A stretch of 64,000 nt of DNA, taken from assembly GCF_056746865.1 (NCBI RefSeq), contig NZ_CM163382.1. The stretch is one strand, 5' to 3'. The translations under genes and the position numbers were made by a program. The notes below the pieces were generated by a model that worked only from the letters and a program-made list of their open reading frames with translations, ran no database searches and was not told the DNA's origin. This document shows positions 10,215 to 21,869 of this stretch, piece by piece (position 1 is the first letter of the stretch; each line of letters opens with the position of its first letter).

Positions 10215-12176
10215 GTGACCGTATCTTCTCATCGTCTTGAACTGTTAAGTCCGGCACGCGATGCCGCCATTGCCCGCGAAGCTATTTTGCACGGTGCCGA
10301 TGCTGTTTATATCGGCGGCCCTGGTTTTGGTGCCCGTCATAATGCCAGTAATAGCCTGAAAGATATTGCCGAGCTGGTGCCGTTTGCCCATCGTTATGGT
10401 GCAAAAATTTTCGTCACGCTTAACACAATTTTGCATGATGATGAGCTGGAACCCGCGCAACGGCTGATTACTGACCTCTACCAGACCGGCGTCGACGCGC
10501 TGATTGTTCAGGATATGGGGATTCTGGAACTTGATATTCCGCCGATTGAACTGCACGCCAGTACGCAGTGCGATATTCGCACAGTAGAAAAAGCGAAGTT
10601 CCTCTCTGATGTTGGCTTCACGCAGATTGTGCTGGCGCGAGAGCTGAATCTTGAGCAGATCCGCGCGATTCACCAGGCCACGGACGCGACCATTGAATTC
10701 TTTATTCATGGGGCACTGTGCGTGGCCTATTCGGGTCAGTGCTATATTTCTCATGCGCAAACAGGGCGTAGCGCCAACCGTGGCGATTGCTCGCAGGCAT
10801 GCCGTTTGCCATACACATTGAAAGACGATCAGGGGCGGGTGGTTTCCTATGAAAAACATCTGCTGTCGATGAAAGATAACGATCAGACTGCCAACCTCGG
10901 CGCGCTGATTGATGCTGGCGTACGCTCCTTCAAGATTGAAGGGCGTTACAAAGATATGAGCTACGTGAAGAATATCACCGCCCATTATCGCCAGATGCTG
11001 GATGCCATTATTGAAGAACGTGTCGATCTGACGCGTGCTTCATCAGGTCGTACTGAACATTTCTTTGTTCCATCGACGGAAAAGACTTTCCACCGTGGTA
11101 GCACAGATTATTTTGTGAATGCCCGTAAAGGCGATATTGGCGCGTTCGATTCGCCGAAATTTATCGGCCTGCCGGTGGGTGAAGTATTGAAAGTGGCGAA
11201 AGATCATCTCGATGTTGCCGTTTCCGAACCACTGGCAAATGGCGATGGCCTGAACGTGATGATTAAACGTGAAGTCGTCGGCTTTCGTGCCAATACGGTC
11301 GAGAAAACCGGAGAAAATCAGTACCGCGTCTGGCCCAATGAAATGCCAGCAGAGTTGCACAAAATTCGCCCGCATCACCCACTAAACCGTAATCTTGATC
11401 ATAACTGGCAGCAGGCACTGACAAAAACCTCCAGCGAACGTCGGGTGGCGGTAGACATTGAACTGGGCGGCTGGCAGGAACAACTGATTCTGACCCTCAC
11501 CAGTGAAGAGGGTGTCAGCATCACGCATACGCTGGACGGGCAGTTCGACGAAGCCAATAACGCCGAAAAAGCAATGAACAATCTAAAGGATGGTCTGGCA
11601 AAACTGGGGCAAACCATCTATTACGCCCGCGATGTGCAAATTAATTTGCCGGGTGCGCTGTTTGTACCAAACAGTCTGTTAAACCAGTTCCGCCGTGAAG
11701 CCGCCGACATGCTGGATGCTGCACGTCTTGCCGGTTACCAGCGGGGCAGCCGTAAACCGGTTGCTGATCCTGCGCCGATTTATCCGCAAACGCATCTGAG
11801 TTTCCTCGCGAACGTATACAACCAGAAAGCGCGTGAATTTTATCATCGCTACGGTGTGCAGCTGATTGACGCGGCGTATGAGGCACATGAAGAGAAGGGC
11901 GAAGTCCCGGTGATGATCACTAAGCATTGTCTGCGCTTTGCCTTTAATCTGTGCCCGAAACAGGCGAAAGGCAATATCAAAAGCTGGAAGGCGACGCCAA
12001 TGCAACTGGTTAACGGCGATGAAGTATTAACGCTAAAGTTTGATTGCCGCCCATGCGAGATGCACGTCATCGGCAAAATTAAAAATCACATTCTGAAAAT
12101 GCCGTTACCGGGAAGTGTTGTCGCCTCCGTAAGTCCGGATGAGCTGCTGAAAACATTGCCGAAGCGAAAAGGGTAA
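10215..12176 (+). CDS. ydcP: Peptidase U32-family protein YdcP
   Basis: Long ORF; probable GTG start at 10215 (VTVSSHRLELLSPARD...), alternative GTG at 10173. Confidence 0.8.
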   Translation: MTVSSHRLELLSPARDAAIAREAILHGADAVYIGGPGFGARHNASNSLKDIAELVPFAHRYGAKIFVTLNTILHDDELEPAQRLITDLYQTGVDALIVQDMGILELDIPPIELHASTQCDIRTVEKAKFLSDVGFTQIVLARELNLEQIRAIHQATDATIEFFIHGALCVAYSGQCYISHAQTGRSANRGDCSQACRLPYTLKDDQGRVVSYEKHLLSMKDNDQTANLGALIDAGVRSFKIEGRYKDMSYVKNITAHYRQMLDAIIEERVDLTRASSGRTEHFFVPSTEKTFHRGSTDYFVNARKGDIGAFDSPKFIGLPVGEVLKVAKDHLDVAVSEPLANGDGLNVMIKREVVGFRANTVEKTGENQYRVWPNEMPAELHKIRPHHPLNRNLDHNWQQALTKTSSERRVAVDIELGGWQEQLILTLTSEEGVSITHTLDGQFDEANNAEKAMNNLKDGLAKLGQTIYYARDVQINLPGALFVPNSLLNQFRREAADMLDAARLAGYQRGSRKPVADPAPIYPQTHLSFLANVYNQKAREFYHRYGVQLIDAAYEAHEEKGEVPVMITKHCLRFAFNLCPKQAKGNIKSWKATPMQLVNGDEVLTLKFDCRPCEMHVIGKIKNHILKMPLPGSVVASVSPDELLKTLPKRKG

Positions 12177-12228
12177 AACGCCAGTTTTCTGGTTACTCAC
12201 AACTTATTGAATCTGCATGATATTGTTG

Positions 12229-12257
12229 GCCGGGTAAGGCGTCACGCCGCATCCGGC
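12229..12257. repeat. REP palindromic unit
   Basis: gccgggtaaggcgtcacgccgcatccggc matches the E. coli REP consensus. Confidence 0.6.
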
Positions 12258-12267
12258 AATAAATGAC

Positions 12268-12498
12268 TCAACGTTGTCCCGCTTCTGGTTTGCGCGATTT
12301 TTGCCAGTAAAAATGCTCGCGCAAACCTTCCGCCGACTCTTCCGCCACAGCACGCAATTCATCGCTGTCCGCTTCATGACGCAGCTGATGATCCACATTC
12401 TTTACCCACACAAATTCATGTCCTTTGTGCCCTGCCATGAGTTGTCCTGAGAACAGCGCACACGTTAATAAGACAACCGATAACGCCTTCGTAAACAT
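12268..12498 (-). CDS. yncJ: Small secreted protein YncJ (DUF2554)
   Basis: 76-aa ORF with N-terminal signal peptide MFTKALSVVLLTCALFSGQLMA. Confidence 0.8.
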   Translation of the reverse strand: MFTKALSVVLLTCALFSGQLMAGHKGHEFVWVKNVDHQLRHEADSDELRAVAEESAEGLREHFYWQKSRKPEAGQR

Positions 12499-12719
12499 CC
12501 TGCCACCTTTTTCTTACCTTTTGCCGCTATGATGCCGATCGTTTCTTGAGGTTATTATTCAGTTTTGCAAATTAGCGCAAAGAAATTATGGAATCTTCCT
12601 TCCTGATTTTGCATTGCATTCTGCCGTTGCGGCGATTTAGTGCTATTTTCGAGCAAATTACACACATAGGTAAACACTAATGTTTACTTTGTTGATATAC
12701 TCAGCGGCAGGGAGGCGAT

Positions 12720-12896
12720 GTGAAACAAAGCGAGTTCAGACGTTGGCTCGAATCTCAGGGCGTCGATGTGGCGAATGGCAGCAACCATTTGAAACTCAGG
12801 TTTCAAGGGCGACGCAGTGTCATGCCGCGTCACCCCAGTGATGAGATAAAAGAACCATTGCGTAAAGCAATCCTGAAGCAACTCGGTTTGAGTTAA
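12720..12896 (+). CDS. hicA: HicA toxin (mRNA interferase), GTG start
   Basis: Not in the ORF track (58 aa); GTG at 12720 gives VKQSEFRRWLESQGVDVANGSNHLKLRFQGRRSVMPRHPSDEIKEPLRKAILKQLGLS, immediately upstream of hicB. Confidence 0.8.
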   Translation: MKQSEFRRWLESQGVDVANGSNHLKLRFQGRRSVMPRHPSDEIKEPLRKAILKQLGLS

Positions 12897-12920
12897 TCGC
12901 CAATTAAAAAGGTTAATGAC

Positions 12921-13358
<438 letters not shown>

Positions 13359-13436
13359 TTACAGTTAACGAAAAGTTGTCATTTTTAACAACTGATATAG
13401 ACTGCCGAATCATCTGCACATAATTACGATTCGATA

Positions 13437-14843
13437 ATGAAAAAATACCAGCAGCTTGCAGAACAATTACGCGAGCAGATTGCGTCGGGTATCTGGCAAC
13501 CTGGCGATCGTTTGCCTTCGTTGCGTGACCAGGTGGCGCTTTCTGGCATGAGCTTTATGACTGTCAGCCATGCCTATCAGTTGCTCGAAAGTCAGGGATA
13601 TATTATCGCGCGACCGCAGTCGGGTTATTACGTTGCGCCACAGGCAATAAAAATGCCGAAAGCGCCAGTCATTCCAGTCACACGAGATGAAGCAGTCGAT
13701 ATCAACACCTATATTTTTGATATGTTGCAGGCCAGTCGCGATCCGTCGGTAGTTCCGTTTGCCTCGGCCTTTCCCGACCCGCGACTTTTCCCCCTCCAAC
13801 AACTAAACCGCTCGCTGGCGCAGGTAAGCAAAACCGCCACGGCGATGAGCGTGATTGAAAACTTACCGCCAGGAAACGCAGAACTGCGTCAGGCTATTGC
13901 TCGTCGCTATGCCTTACAGGGCATCACTATTTCTCCTGATGAAATTGTCATTACCGCCGGGGCGTTAGAGGCATTAAACCTCAGTTTACAAGCGGTCACT
14001 GAACCGGGCGATTGGGTGATAGTTGAGAATCCTTGTTTCTACGGCGCGTTGCAGGCGCTGGAGCGGTTACGGCTGAAGGCGTTATCGGTGGCGACGGACG
14101 TTAAAGAAGGGATTGATCTCAAGGCGCTGGAACTGGCGTTGCAGGAGTATCCGGTGAAAGCGTGCTGGCTGATGACTAATAGCCAGAATCCACTCGGATT
14201 TACCTTAACGCCGCAGAAAAAAGCGCGGCTGGTAGCGTTGCTCAATCAGTACAACGTAACGCTGATTGAAGATGACGTTTACAGCGAACTTTATTTTGGA
14301 CGGGAAAAACCGCTGCCTGCGAAAGCGTGGGATCACCACGATGGTGTTTTGCATTGCTCTTCGTTTTCGAAATGTCTGGTGCCTGGTTTTCGTATTGGTT
14401 GGGTCGCCGCCGGAAAACATGCACGTAAAATTCAACGCTTGCAGTTGATGAGTACGCTTTCCACCAGCTCACCGATGCAGCTTGCGCTGGTGGATTACCT
14501 TTCCACGCGCCGATACGACGCCCATCTTCGTCGCTTGCGTCGCCAGCTTGCGGAGCGTAAACAACGTGCCTGGCAGGCACTGCTGCGTTATCTGCCTGCG
14601 GAAGTGAAAATTCATCATAATGACAGCGGTTATTTTCTCTGGCTGGAACTCCCCGCGCCGTTAGATGCGGGCGAATTAAGCCTGGCGGCACTGACGCATC
14701 ATATCAGTATTGCGCCGGGTAAAATGTTTTCTACCGGTGAAAACTGGTCACGTTTTTTCCGTTTTAATACCGCGTGGCAGTGGGGAGAACGTGAAGAACA
14801 GGCGGTTAAACAATTAGGCAAACTTATTCAAGAACGGCTGTAA
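13437..14843 (+). CDS. ydcR: MocR/GntR-family regulator (HTH fused to aminotransferase-like domain)
   Basis: 468-aa ORF; N-terminal GntR HTH and PLP-aminotransferase-like C-terminal domain. Confidence 0.85.
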   Translation: MKKYQQLAEQLREQIASGIWQPGDRLPSLRDQVALSGMSFMTVSHAYQLLESQGYIIARPQSGYYVAPQAIKMPKAPVIPVTRDEAVDINTYIFDMLQASRDPSVVPFASAFPDPRLFPLQQLNRSLAQVSKTATAMSVIENLPPGNAELRQAIARRYALQGITISPDEIVITAGALEALNLSLQAVTEPGDWVIVENPCFYGALQALERLRLKALSVATDVKEGIDLKALELALQEYPVKACWLMTNSQNPLGFTLTPQKKARLVALLNQYNVTLIEDDVYSELYFGREKPLPAKAWDHHDGVLHCSSFSKCLVPGFRIGWVAAGKHARKIQRLQLMSTLSTSSPMQLALVDYLSTRRYDAHLRRLRRQLAERKQRAWQALLRYLPAEVKIHHNDSGYFLWLELPAPLDAGELSLAALTHHISIAPGKMFSTGENWSRFFRFNTAWQWGEREEQAVKQLGKLIQERL

Positions 14844-15087
14844 TAGCGTTTAATTAAATTCCTCTCAGGTTGGGTAATATGAATTTCGAATAGCAGTCAT
14901 ATTTCCTAACTCCTTGTCTATACTCCAGAAGATAACCTTACAGACGGCATAATGCGCGGTAGCTCACAACCTGATTAAATTTTCTCAGGGGCGAAGGTGT
15001 GCCTGCTAGCCGCCGTCTATGGTTAAACAAGGAGATATTTTTACGGCACGGCGGCTGAACAATTAATTACGACAGGAGTAAGACTTT

Positions 15088-16233
15088 ATGAGCAAGACAT
15101 TTGCCCGCAGCAGCCTGTGTGCGCTCACCATGACAATAATGACCGCTCACGCCGCCGAACCACCTACCAATTTAGATAAACCGGAAGGGCGACTGGATAT
15201 TATCGCCTGGCCGGGATACATCGAACGCGGACAAACTGATAAACAATACGACTGGGTAACGCAATTCGAAAAAGAGACAGGCTGCGCGGTGAATGTTAAA
15301 ACCGCCGCGACTTCCGATGAAATGGTCAGTCTGATGGCCAAAGGGGGTTACGATCTGGTTACGGCATCCGGCGATGCCTCGCTGCGCCTGATTATGGGCA
15401 AACGCGTGCAGCCGATTAATACCGCCTTGATTCCCAACTGGAAAGCGCTCGATCCGCGCGTGGTTAAAGGCGACTGGTTTAACGTTGGCGGCAAAGTTTA
15501 CGGCACACCTTACCAATGGGGGCCGAACCTGCTGATGTACAACACTAAAACCTTCCCGACGCCGCCGGATAGCTGGCAAGTGGTTTTTGTTGAGCAGAAT
15601 CTGCCGGACGGCAAGAGCAATAAAGGCCGCGTTCAGGCTTATGATGGCCCTATCTACATTGCGGACGCTGCGTTGTTCGTTAAAGCCACTCAGCCGCAGT
15701 TGGGCATCAGCGATCCGTATCAACTCACCGAAGAACAGTATCAGGCGGTGTTGAAAGTGCTGCGCGATCAACATAGTTTGATCCATCGCTACTGGCATGA
15801 CACTACCGTGCAAATGAGCGATTTCAAAAACGAGGGTGTGGTTGCTTCCAGTGCCTGGCCCTATCAGGCCAACGCCCTGAAAGCCGAAGGCCAGCCTGTC
15901 GCGACCGTATTCCCGAAAGAGGGCGTTACCGGTTGGGCTGACACCACCATGCTACATAGTGAAGCGAAACATCCGGTTTGCGCCTACAAATGGATGAACT
16001 GGTCATTAACGCCAAAAGTGCAGGGCGATGTGGCGGCCTGGTTTGGCTCGTTACCGGTAGTGCCGGAAGGGTGTAAAGCCAGTCCGTTATTAGGCGAAAA
16101 AGGTTGTGAAACCAACGGTTTTAACTATTTCGATAAAATCGCCTTCTGGAAAACGCCTATAGCAGAAGGGGGCAAGTTTGTTCCCTACAGTCGCTGGACG
16201 CAGGATTACATTGCCATTATGGGCGGTCGCTAA
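15088..16233 (+). CDS. ydcS: ABC transporter periplasmic substrate-binding protein
   Basis: 381-aa ORF with signal peptide; first gene of a ydcSTUV-patD cluster. Confidence 0.9.
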   Translation: MSKTFARSSLCALTMTIMTAHAAEPPTNLDKPEGRLDIIAWPGYIERGQTDKQYDWVTQFEKETGCAVNVKTAATSDEMVSLMAKGGYDLVTASGDASLRLIMGKRVQPINTALIPNWKALDPRVVKGDWFNVGGKVYGTPYQWGPNLLMYNTKTFPTPPDSWQVVFVEQNLPDGKSNKGRVQAYDGPIYIADAALFVKATQPQLGISDPYQLTEEQYQAVLKVLRDQHSLIHRYWHDTTVQMSDFKNEGVVASSAWPYQANALKAEGQPVATVFPKEGVTGWADTTMLHSEAKHPVCAYKWMNWSLTPKVQGDVAAWFGSLPVVPEGCKASPLLGEKGCETNGFNYFDKIAFWKTPIAEGGKFVPYSRWTQDYIAIMGGR

Positions 16234-16250
16234 CTTCGCTGGGGTGCTTT

Positions 16251-17264
16251 ATGACGTACGCAGTGGAGTTTGACAACGTCTCGCGGTTGTACGGTGACGT
16301 GCGCGCAGTAGATGGCGTCAGTATTGCGATAAAAGATGGTGAGTTCTTCTCTATGCTGGGGCCGTCCGGCTCCGGCAAAACTACCTGCCTGCGCCTGATT
16401 GCTGGCTTCGAACAGCTTTCTGGCGGGGCTATCTCTATCTTTGGTAAACCCGCCAGCAATCTGCCACCGTGGGAGCGGGACGTGAATACTGTCTTCCAGG
16501 ACTACGCGCTATTTCCGCATATGTCGATTCTTGACAATGTCGCCTATGGGCTGATGGTCAAAGGCGTGAATAAAAAGCAGCGGCACGCAATGGCGCAAGA
16601 GGCGCTGGAGAAAGTGGCGTTGGGGTTTGTACAGCAACGTAAACCGTCACAACTTTCTGGTGGTCAGCGCCAGCGGGTTGCTATCGCCAGAGCATTGGTG
16701 AATGAACCGCGCGTATTGCTGTTGGATGAACCGCTCGGCGCACTGGATCTCAAATTGCGTGAGCAGATGCAGCTGGAACTGAAAAAACTGCAACAATCTC
16801 TCGGTATCACTTTTATCTTCGTTACCCACGATCAGGGCGAAGCGTTATCGATGTCCGATCGTGTGGCGGTTTTCAATAATGGACGCATTGAGCAGGTCGA
16901 TTCCCCGCGCGATCTCTATATGCGCCCGCGCACGCCGTTTGTTGCCGGGTTCGTTGGTACATCGAATGTTTTTGATGGACTGATGGCAGAGAAACTTTGT
17001 GGCATGACGGGAAGCTTCGCCCTGCGACCGGAACATATCCGCCTCAACACCCCTGGTGAACTGCAGGCCAATGGCACGATCCAGGCGGTGCAATATCAGG
17101 GCGCGGCAACTCGTTTTGAACTGAGACTGAACGGCGGTGAAAAACTGCTTGTGAGTCAGGCCAATATGACAGGCGAAGAACTGCCTGCCACGCTCACGCC
17201 CGGACAACAAGTGATGGTTTCCTGGTCGCGTGATGTGATGGTGCCGCTGGTTGAGGAGAGGTGA
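16251..17264 (+). CDS. ydcT: ABC transporter ATP-binding protein
   Basis: Walker A GPSGSGKTT, signature LSGGQRQR, Walker B LLLDEP. Confidence 0.9.
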   Translation: MTYAVEFDNVSRLYGDVRAVDGVSIAIKDGEFFSMLGPSGSGKTTCLRLIAGFEQLSGGAISIFGKPASNLPPWERDVNTVFQDYALFPHMSILDNVAYGLMVKGVNKKQRHAMAQEALEKVALGFVQQRKPSQLSGGQRQRVAIARALVNEPRVLLLDEPLGALDLKLREQMQLELKKLQQSLGITFIFVTHDQGEALSMSDRVAVFNNGRIEQVDSPRDLYMRPRTPFVAGFVGTSNVFDGLMAEKLCGMTGSFALRPEHIRLNTPGELQANGTIQAVQYQGAATRFELRLNGGEKLLVSQANMTGEELPATLTPGQQVMVSWSRDVMVPLVEER

Positions 17265-18206
17265 ATGGCGATGAACGTATTGCAATCACCTTCACGTCCA
17301 GGAGTTGGAAAGATATCCGGCTTTTTCTGGCGAAAACCAGGACTGGGGCTGTTTTTGTTGCTGCTTGGCCCGCTAATGTGGTTTGGCATTGTCTATTTCG
17401 GCTCGCTGCTAACGCTGTTATGGCAGGGCTTTTATACTTTTGACGATTTCACCATGTCGGTAACGCCGGAACTGACGCTGGCGAATATCCGTGCGCTGTT
17501 TAATCCGGCGAATTACGACATCATTCTCCGCACGCTGATTATGGCTGTGGCAGTCACTATCGCCAGCGCCATTCTGGCTTTTCCAATGGCGTGGTATATG
17601 GCGCGCTATACCAGCGGGAAAATGAAAGCGTTTTTTTATATCGCGGTAATGTTGCCGATGTGGGCGAGCTACATTGTTAAAGCCTATGCCTGGACGTTAT
17701 TGCTGGCGAAAGATGGTGTGGCGCAGTGGTTTTTACAACATCTGGGGCTGGAACCACTGCTGACAGCGTTCCTTACATTACCAGCGGTGGGCGGTAACAC
17801 GCTGTCAACTTCCGGGCTGGGGCGCTTTCTGGTGTTTCTCTATATCTGGCTGCCGTTCATGATCCTGCCCGTGCAGGCGGCGCTTGAGCGTTTGCCGCCG
17901 TCATTGTTGCAGGCGTCGGCTGATCTTGGCGCACGTCCACGGCAAACCTTTCGCTATGTGGTACTGCCGCTGGCAATCCCGGGTATTGCCGCTGGCTCTA
18001 TCTTTACCTTTTCACTCACACTGGGCGATTTTATCGTCCCGCAGCTGGTTGGCCCTCCAGGATATTTTATCGGCAATATGGTTTATTCCCAGCAGGGAGC
18101 GATTGGCAATATGCCGATGGCGGCGGCATTCACCCTGGTGCCGATTGTTCTCATCGCACTGTACCTGGCGTTCGTGAAACGTCTGGGAGCGTTCGATGCA
18201 CTCTGA
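17265..18206 (+). CDS. ydcU: ABC transporter permease
   Basis: 313-aa polytopic membrane protein, start adjacent to the ydcT stop. Confidence 0.9.
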   Translation: MAMNVLQSPSRPGVGKISGFFWRKPGLGLFLLLLGPLMWFGIVYFGSLLTLLWQGFYTFDDFTMSVTPELTLANIRALFNPANYDIILRTLIMAVAVTIASAILAFPMAWYMARYTSGKMKAFFYIAVMLPMWASYIVKAYAWTLLLAKDGVAQWFLQHLGLEPLLTAFLTLPAVGGNTLSTSGLGRFLVFLYIWLPFMILPVQAALERLPPSLLQASADLGARPRQTFRYVVLPLAIPGIAAGSIFTFSLTLGDFIVPQLVGPPGYFIGNMVYSQQGAIGNMPMAAAFTLVPIVLIALYLAFVKRLGAFDAL

Positions 18207-18990
18207 ACGCGCACCGTTTTTCCTCAAACTGGCGGCCTGGGGCGGCGTGGTTTTCCTACATTTTCCCATTCTGATTATCGCCGCCTATGCGTTTAACACT
18301 GAAGATGCGGCGTTTAGTTTTCCACCGCAAGGCCTGACGCTGCGCTGGTTTAGCGTGGCAGCACAGCGCAGTGATATTCTTGAGGCTGTGACACTGTCAC
18401 TTAAAGTGGCGGTGCTGGCGACATTAATTGCGCTGGTGTTAGGGACGCTGGCCGCTGCCGCGCTGTGGCGACGAGACTTTTTCGGCAAAAACGCCATTTC
18501 GCTGTTACTGCTGCTGCCCATTGCGCTGCCGGGTATTGTCACTGGTCTGGCGCTATTAACCGCCTTTAAAACCATCGATCTGGAGCCGGGATTTTTCACC
18601 ATCGTGGTCGGTCATGCGACTTTTTGCGTAGTGGTGGTGTTTAACAATGTCATCGCCCGTTTTCGCCGCACCTCGTGCAGTCTGGTTGAGGCGTCAATGG
18701 ATCTTGGGGCCAATGGCTGGCAAACCTTCCGCTACGTAGTGTTGCCGAATCTCAGTTCGGCGCTACTGGCAGGAGGAATGCTGGCGTTTGCCTTGTCGTT
18801 CGATGAAATCATCGTGACGACCTTTACGGCAGGTCATGAACGAACGTTACCGTTGTGGTTGCTCAATCAGCTTGGGCGACCGCGTGATGTACCGGTAACC
18901 AACGTGGTGGCACTGCTGGTTATGTTGGTAACAACCTTGCCGATCCTGGGAGCCTGGTGGCTAACCCGCGAAGGCGACAATGGTCAATAA
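18196..18990 (+). CDS. ydcV: ABC transporter permease
   Basis: 264-aa membrane protein overlapping the ydcU end. Confidence 0.9.
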   Translation: MHSERAPFFLKLAAWGGVVFLHFPILIIAAYAFNTEDAAFSFPPQGLTLRWFSVAAQRSDILEAVTLSLKVAVLATLIALVLGTLAAAALWRRDFFGKNAISLLLLLPIALPGIVTGLALLTAFKTIDLEPGFFTIVVGHATFCVVVVFNNVIARFRRTSCSLVEASMDLGANGWQTFRYVVLPNLSSALLAGGMLAFALSFDEIIVTTFTAGHERTLPLWLLNQLGRPRDVPVTNVVALLVMLVTTLPILGAWWLTREGDNGQ

Positions 18991-19011
18991 CCACTGATAC
19001 AGGAATATGCT

Positions 19012-20436
19012 ATGCAACATAAGTTACTGATTAACGGAGAACTGGTTAGCGGCGAAGGGGAGAAACAGCCTGTCTATAATCCGGCAACGGGGGAAGTTTT
19101 ACTGGAGATTGCCGAGGCATCTGCAGAGCAGGTCGATGCCGCTGTTCGTGCAGCAGATGCAGCATTTGCCGAATGGGGGCAAACCACGCCGAAAGCGCGT
19201 GCGGAATGCCTGCTGAAACTGGCGGATGTAATCGAAGAAAATGGTCAAGTTTTTGCCGAACTGGAGTCCCGTAACTGTGGCAAACCGCTGCATAGTGCGT
19301 TCAATGATGAAATTCCGGCGATTGTCGATGTCTTTCGCTTTTTCGCCGGAGCAGCTCGCTGCCTGAATGGTCTGGCGGCAGGTGAATATCTTGAAGGTCA
19401 TACTTCGATGATCCGTCGCGATCCGTTGGGGGTCGTGGCTTCGATCGCACCGTGGAATTATCCGCTGATGATGGCTGCGTGGAAACTGGCTCCGGCGCTG
19501 GCGGCAGGGAATTGCGTAGTGCTCAAACCATCAGAAATTACCCCGCTGACAGCGTTGAAGTTGGCAGAGCTGGCGAAAGATATCTTCCCAGCTGGCGTGA
19601 TTAACGTGCTGTTTGGCAGAGGCAAAACGGTGGGCGATCCGCTGACCGGACATCCCAAAGTACGGATGGTGTCACTGACGGGCTCTATCGCCACTGGGGA
19701 ACACATCATCAGCCATACCGCGCCGTCCATAAAGCTTACTCATATGGAACTTGGAGGCAAAGCGCCAGTGATAGTTTTTGATGATGCGGATATTGAAGCG
19801 GTGGTCGAAGGTGTACGTACTTTTGGCTATTACAATGCCGGACAGGATTGTACTGCGGCTTGTCGGATCTACGCGCAAAAAGGTATTTACGATACGCTGG
19901 TGGAAAAACTCGGTGCTGCAGTGGCAACGTTAAAATCTGGTGCGCCGGATGACGAGTCTACGGAGCTTGGACCTTTAAGCTCACTGGCGCATCTCGATCG
20001 CGTCAGCAAAGCAGTAGAAGAGGCGAAAGCGACAGGGCACATCAAAGTGATCACTGGCGGTGAAAAGCGCAAGGGTAATGGCTATTACTATGCGCCGACG
20101 CTACTGGCTGGCGCATTACAGGACGATGCCATCGTGCAAAAAGAGGTATTTGGTCCGGTAGTGAGTGTTACGCTCTTTGACAATGAAGAACAGGTGGTAA
20201 ACTGGGCAAATGACAGCCAGTACGGACTTGCATCCTCGGTATGGACGAAAGATGTGGGCAGGGCGCATCGCGTCAGCGCACGGCTACAATATGGTTGTAC
20301 CTGGGTCAATACCCATTTCATGCTGGTAAGTGAAATGCCGCACGGTGGGCAGAAACTTTCTGGTTACGGCAAGGATATGTCACTTTATGGGCTGGAGGAT
20401 TACACCGTCGTCCGCCACGTCATGGTTAAACATTAA
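19012..20436 (+). CDS. patD: Gamma-aminobutyraldehyde dehydrogenase (aldehyde dehydrogenase family)
   Basis: 474-aa ORF with ALDH motifs (catalytic Cys context GQDCTAA, ELGGKAP). Confidence 0.9.
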   Translation: MQHKLLINGELVSGEGEKQPVYNPATGEVLLEIAEASAEQVDAAVRAADAAFAEWGQTTPKARAECLLKLADVIEENGQVFAELESRNCGKPLHSAFNDEIPAIVDVFRFFAGAARCLNGLAAGEYLEGHTSMIRRDPLGVVASIAPWNYPLMMAAWKLAPALAAGNCVVLKPSEITPLTALKLAELAKDIFPAGVINVLFGRGKTVGDPLTGHPKVRMVSLTGSIATGEHIISHTAPSIKLTHMELGGKAPVIVFDDADIEAVVEGVRTFGYYNAGQDCTAACRIYAQKGIYDTLVEKLGAAVATLKSGAPDDESTELGPLSSLAHLDRVSKAVEEAKATGHIKVITGGEKRKGNGYYYAPTLLAGALQDDAIVQKEVFGPVVSVTLFDNEEQVVNWANDSQYGLASSVWTKDVGRAHRVSARLQYGCTWVNTHFMLVSEMPHGGQKLSGYGKDMSLYGLEDYTVVRHVMVKH

Positions 20437-20446
20437 GTTAAATGTT

Positions 20447-20478
20447 AGTGGCTGTTATAGGGCGGCCACTATCGTTTT
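20447..20478 (+). terminator. Possible terminator hairpin after patD
   Basis: agtggc ... gccact inverted repeat followed by atcgtttt. Confidence 0.3.
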
Positions 20479-20658
20479 AGGTTCTGAGTGTAATGGTGAT
20501 TAAGTATCAGAATGATTACATTAATAACTAGCGGAAAAATTAGGCAGTTATTATGATCTAAATGTATGTTGGTGATTTTTCATCCTGTCATAGTTGATTC
20601 GCATAAGGCTTTAGAGTATCGTTATTAACCTAATAATTTATAAGTAGAAGTATTAACA

Positions 20659-21468
20659 ATGAAAGTTCAATTGTATAAATTCACGGAAGATAAAAATAAA
20701 ACCCTTACCTTCAGGTGGACGAAAAAACACTTTGAGTTTTGTATGGATAATAAAATCTTTTTAAATCATAAGGGGAAGAAGTCGTATAAAGAAAGAAATT
20801 TATTTCTTTTCTCAAAAGGTGACAAGATAACAATTGAAGATAATGTTATTGCTGAAGAATATTCAACAATGCCTGTAAAAAATTTCTCCAGTGTCGGCGC
20901 TTTTTCATTCCCGACCTGTCATTTTACAGGGAATATACATATAGGTCGATTTTGTAGTATTGCATCAAATGTAAAAATAATGGGAGGAAATCATCCTTTG
21001 AATCGTTTTACTACTCACATGATGACTTATAACGGTGAATTTGATAAGTTTGCTAAGAGTGAGTTTGAACGTAGCTGGACATTGAAACCATTCATTACCA
21101 AACCTGAAAATCCGATTATAGGAAATGATGTCTGGATAGGAAATGATGTTGTACTGAAAGGTGGCATCGCAATAGGTGATGGTGCTGTTATTGCTGCCAA
21201 TTCCGTTGTTACCAAAGATGTGCCCCCATATGCCATAGTTGCAGGAGTTCCTGCAAAAATAATCAGATTTAGATTTGATTCAAATGTTATTGATGAATTG
21301 TTGAGAATAAAGTGGTGGAATTATAATTACTCAGATCTTCCGGATAATAACAAATGTGATGATATAAATTATTTTGTTGAAGAGATGAATCGATTGATAT
21401 CAAATGGAAATATTCAAGAGATGGACTATAAAAAATTCAATCTTTCTGAGATATTTAGAGACCTATAA
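20659..21468 (+). CDS. Hexapeptide-repeat acetyltransferase, XAT/Vat (streptogramin A / xenobiotic acetyltransferase)-like
   Basis: 269-aa ORF in a low-GC islet; IGRFCSIASNVKIMGGNHPLNRFTTH and IGNDVWIGNDVVLKGGIAIGDGAVIAANSVV resemble XAT-family motifs. Confidence 0.65.
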   Translation: MKVQLYKFTEDKNKTLTFRWTKKHFEFCMDNKIFLNHKGKKSYKERNLFLFSKGDKITIEDNVIAEEYSTMPVKNFSSVGAFSFPTCHFTGNIHIGRFCSIASNVKIMGGNHPLNRFTTHMMTYNGEFDKFAKSEFERSWTLKPFITKPENPIIGNDVWIGNDVVLKGGIAIGDGAVIAANSVVTKDVPPYAIVAGVPAKIIRFRFDSNVIDELLRIKWWNYNYSDLPDNNKCDDINYFVEEMNRLISNGNIQEMDYKKFNLSEIFRDL

Positions 21469-21869
21469 TTATCTGTTCTGCATGATAAATGGGCAAGATA
21501 ACCAGTTCGGGGTTTGCAATTTCAATGGGACAGCGTCATCAAGGAGGTTGCAATCATCCTGCCATGCATATACTTTACGCCATCTTTTTATATTTACTTT
21601 ATTCCCTGAAAGTATAAAGCATTTATAGACTCCCGCGCGTCTAAAGTATTGATGATAGAAAAATGTGAAAACAAGGTTCCCTTTGAATCAGTAAGCTGTC
21701 TGTATAGACGACAGGAGGGGGATGTTTTCTACTTATTTCAATGTAGATGTCAGGAAAAAGAAGTAAATATTAAGGATAATGTTGTAAACCTGGAGAGTAT
21801 GAGATGATCTTGCGTACTGTCAGAGCACTGATTTCTCTGACAGTACGTGCTGCGTGCAAAATCACTACA

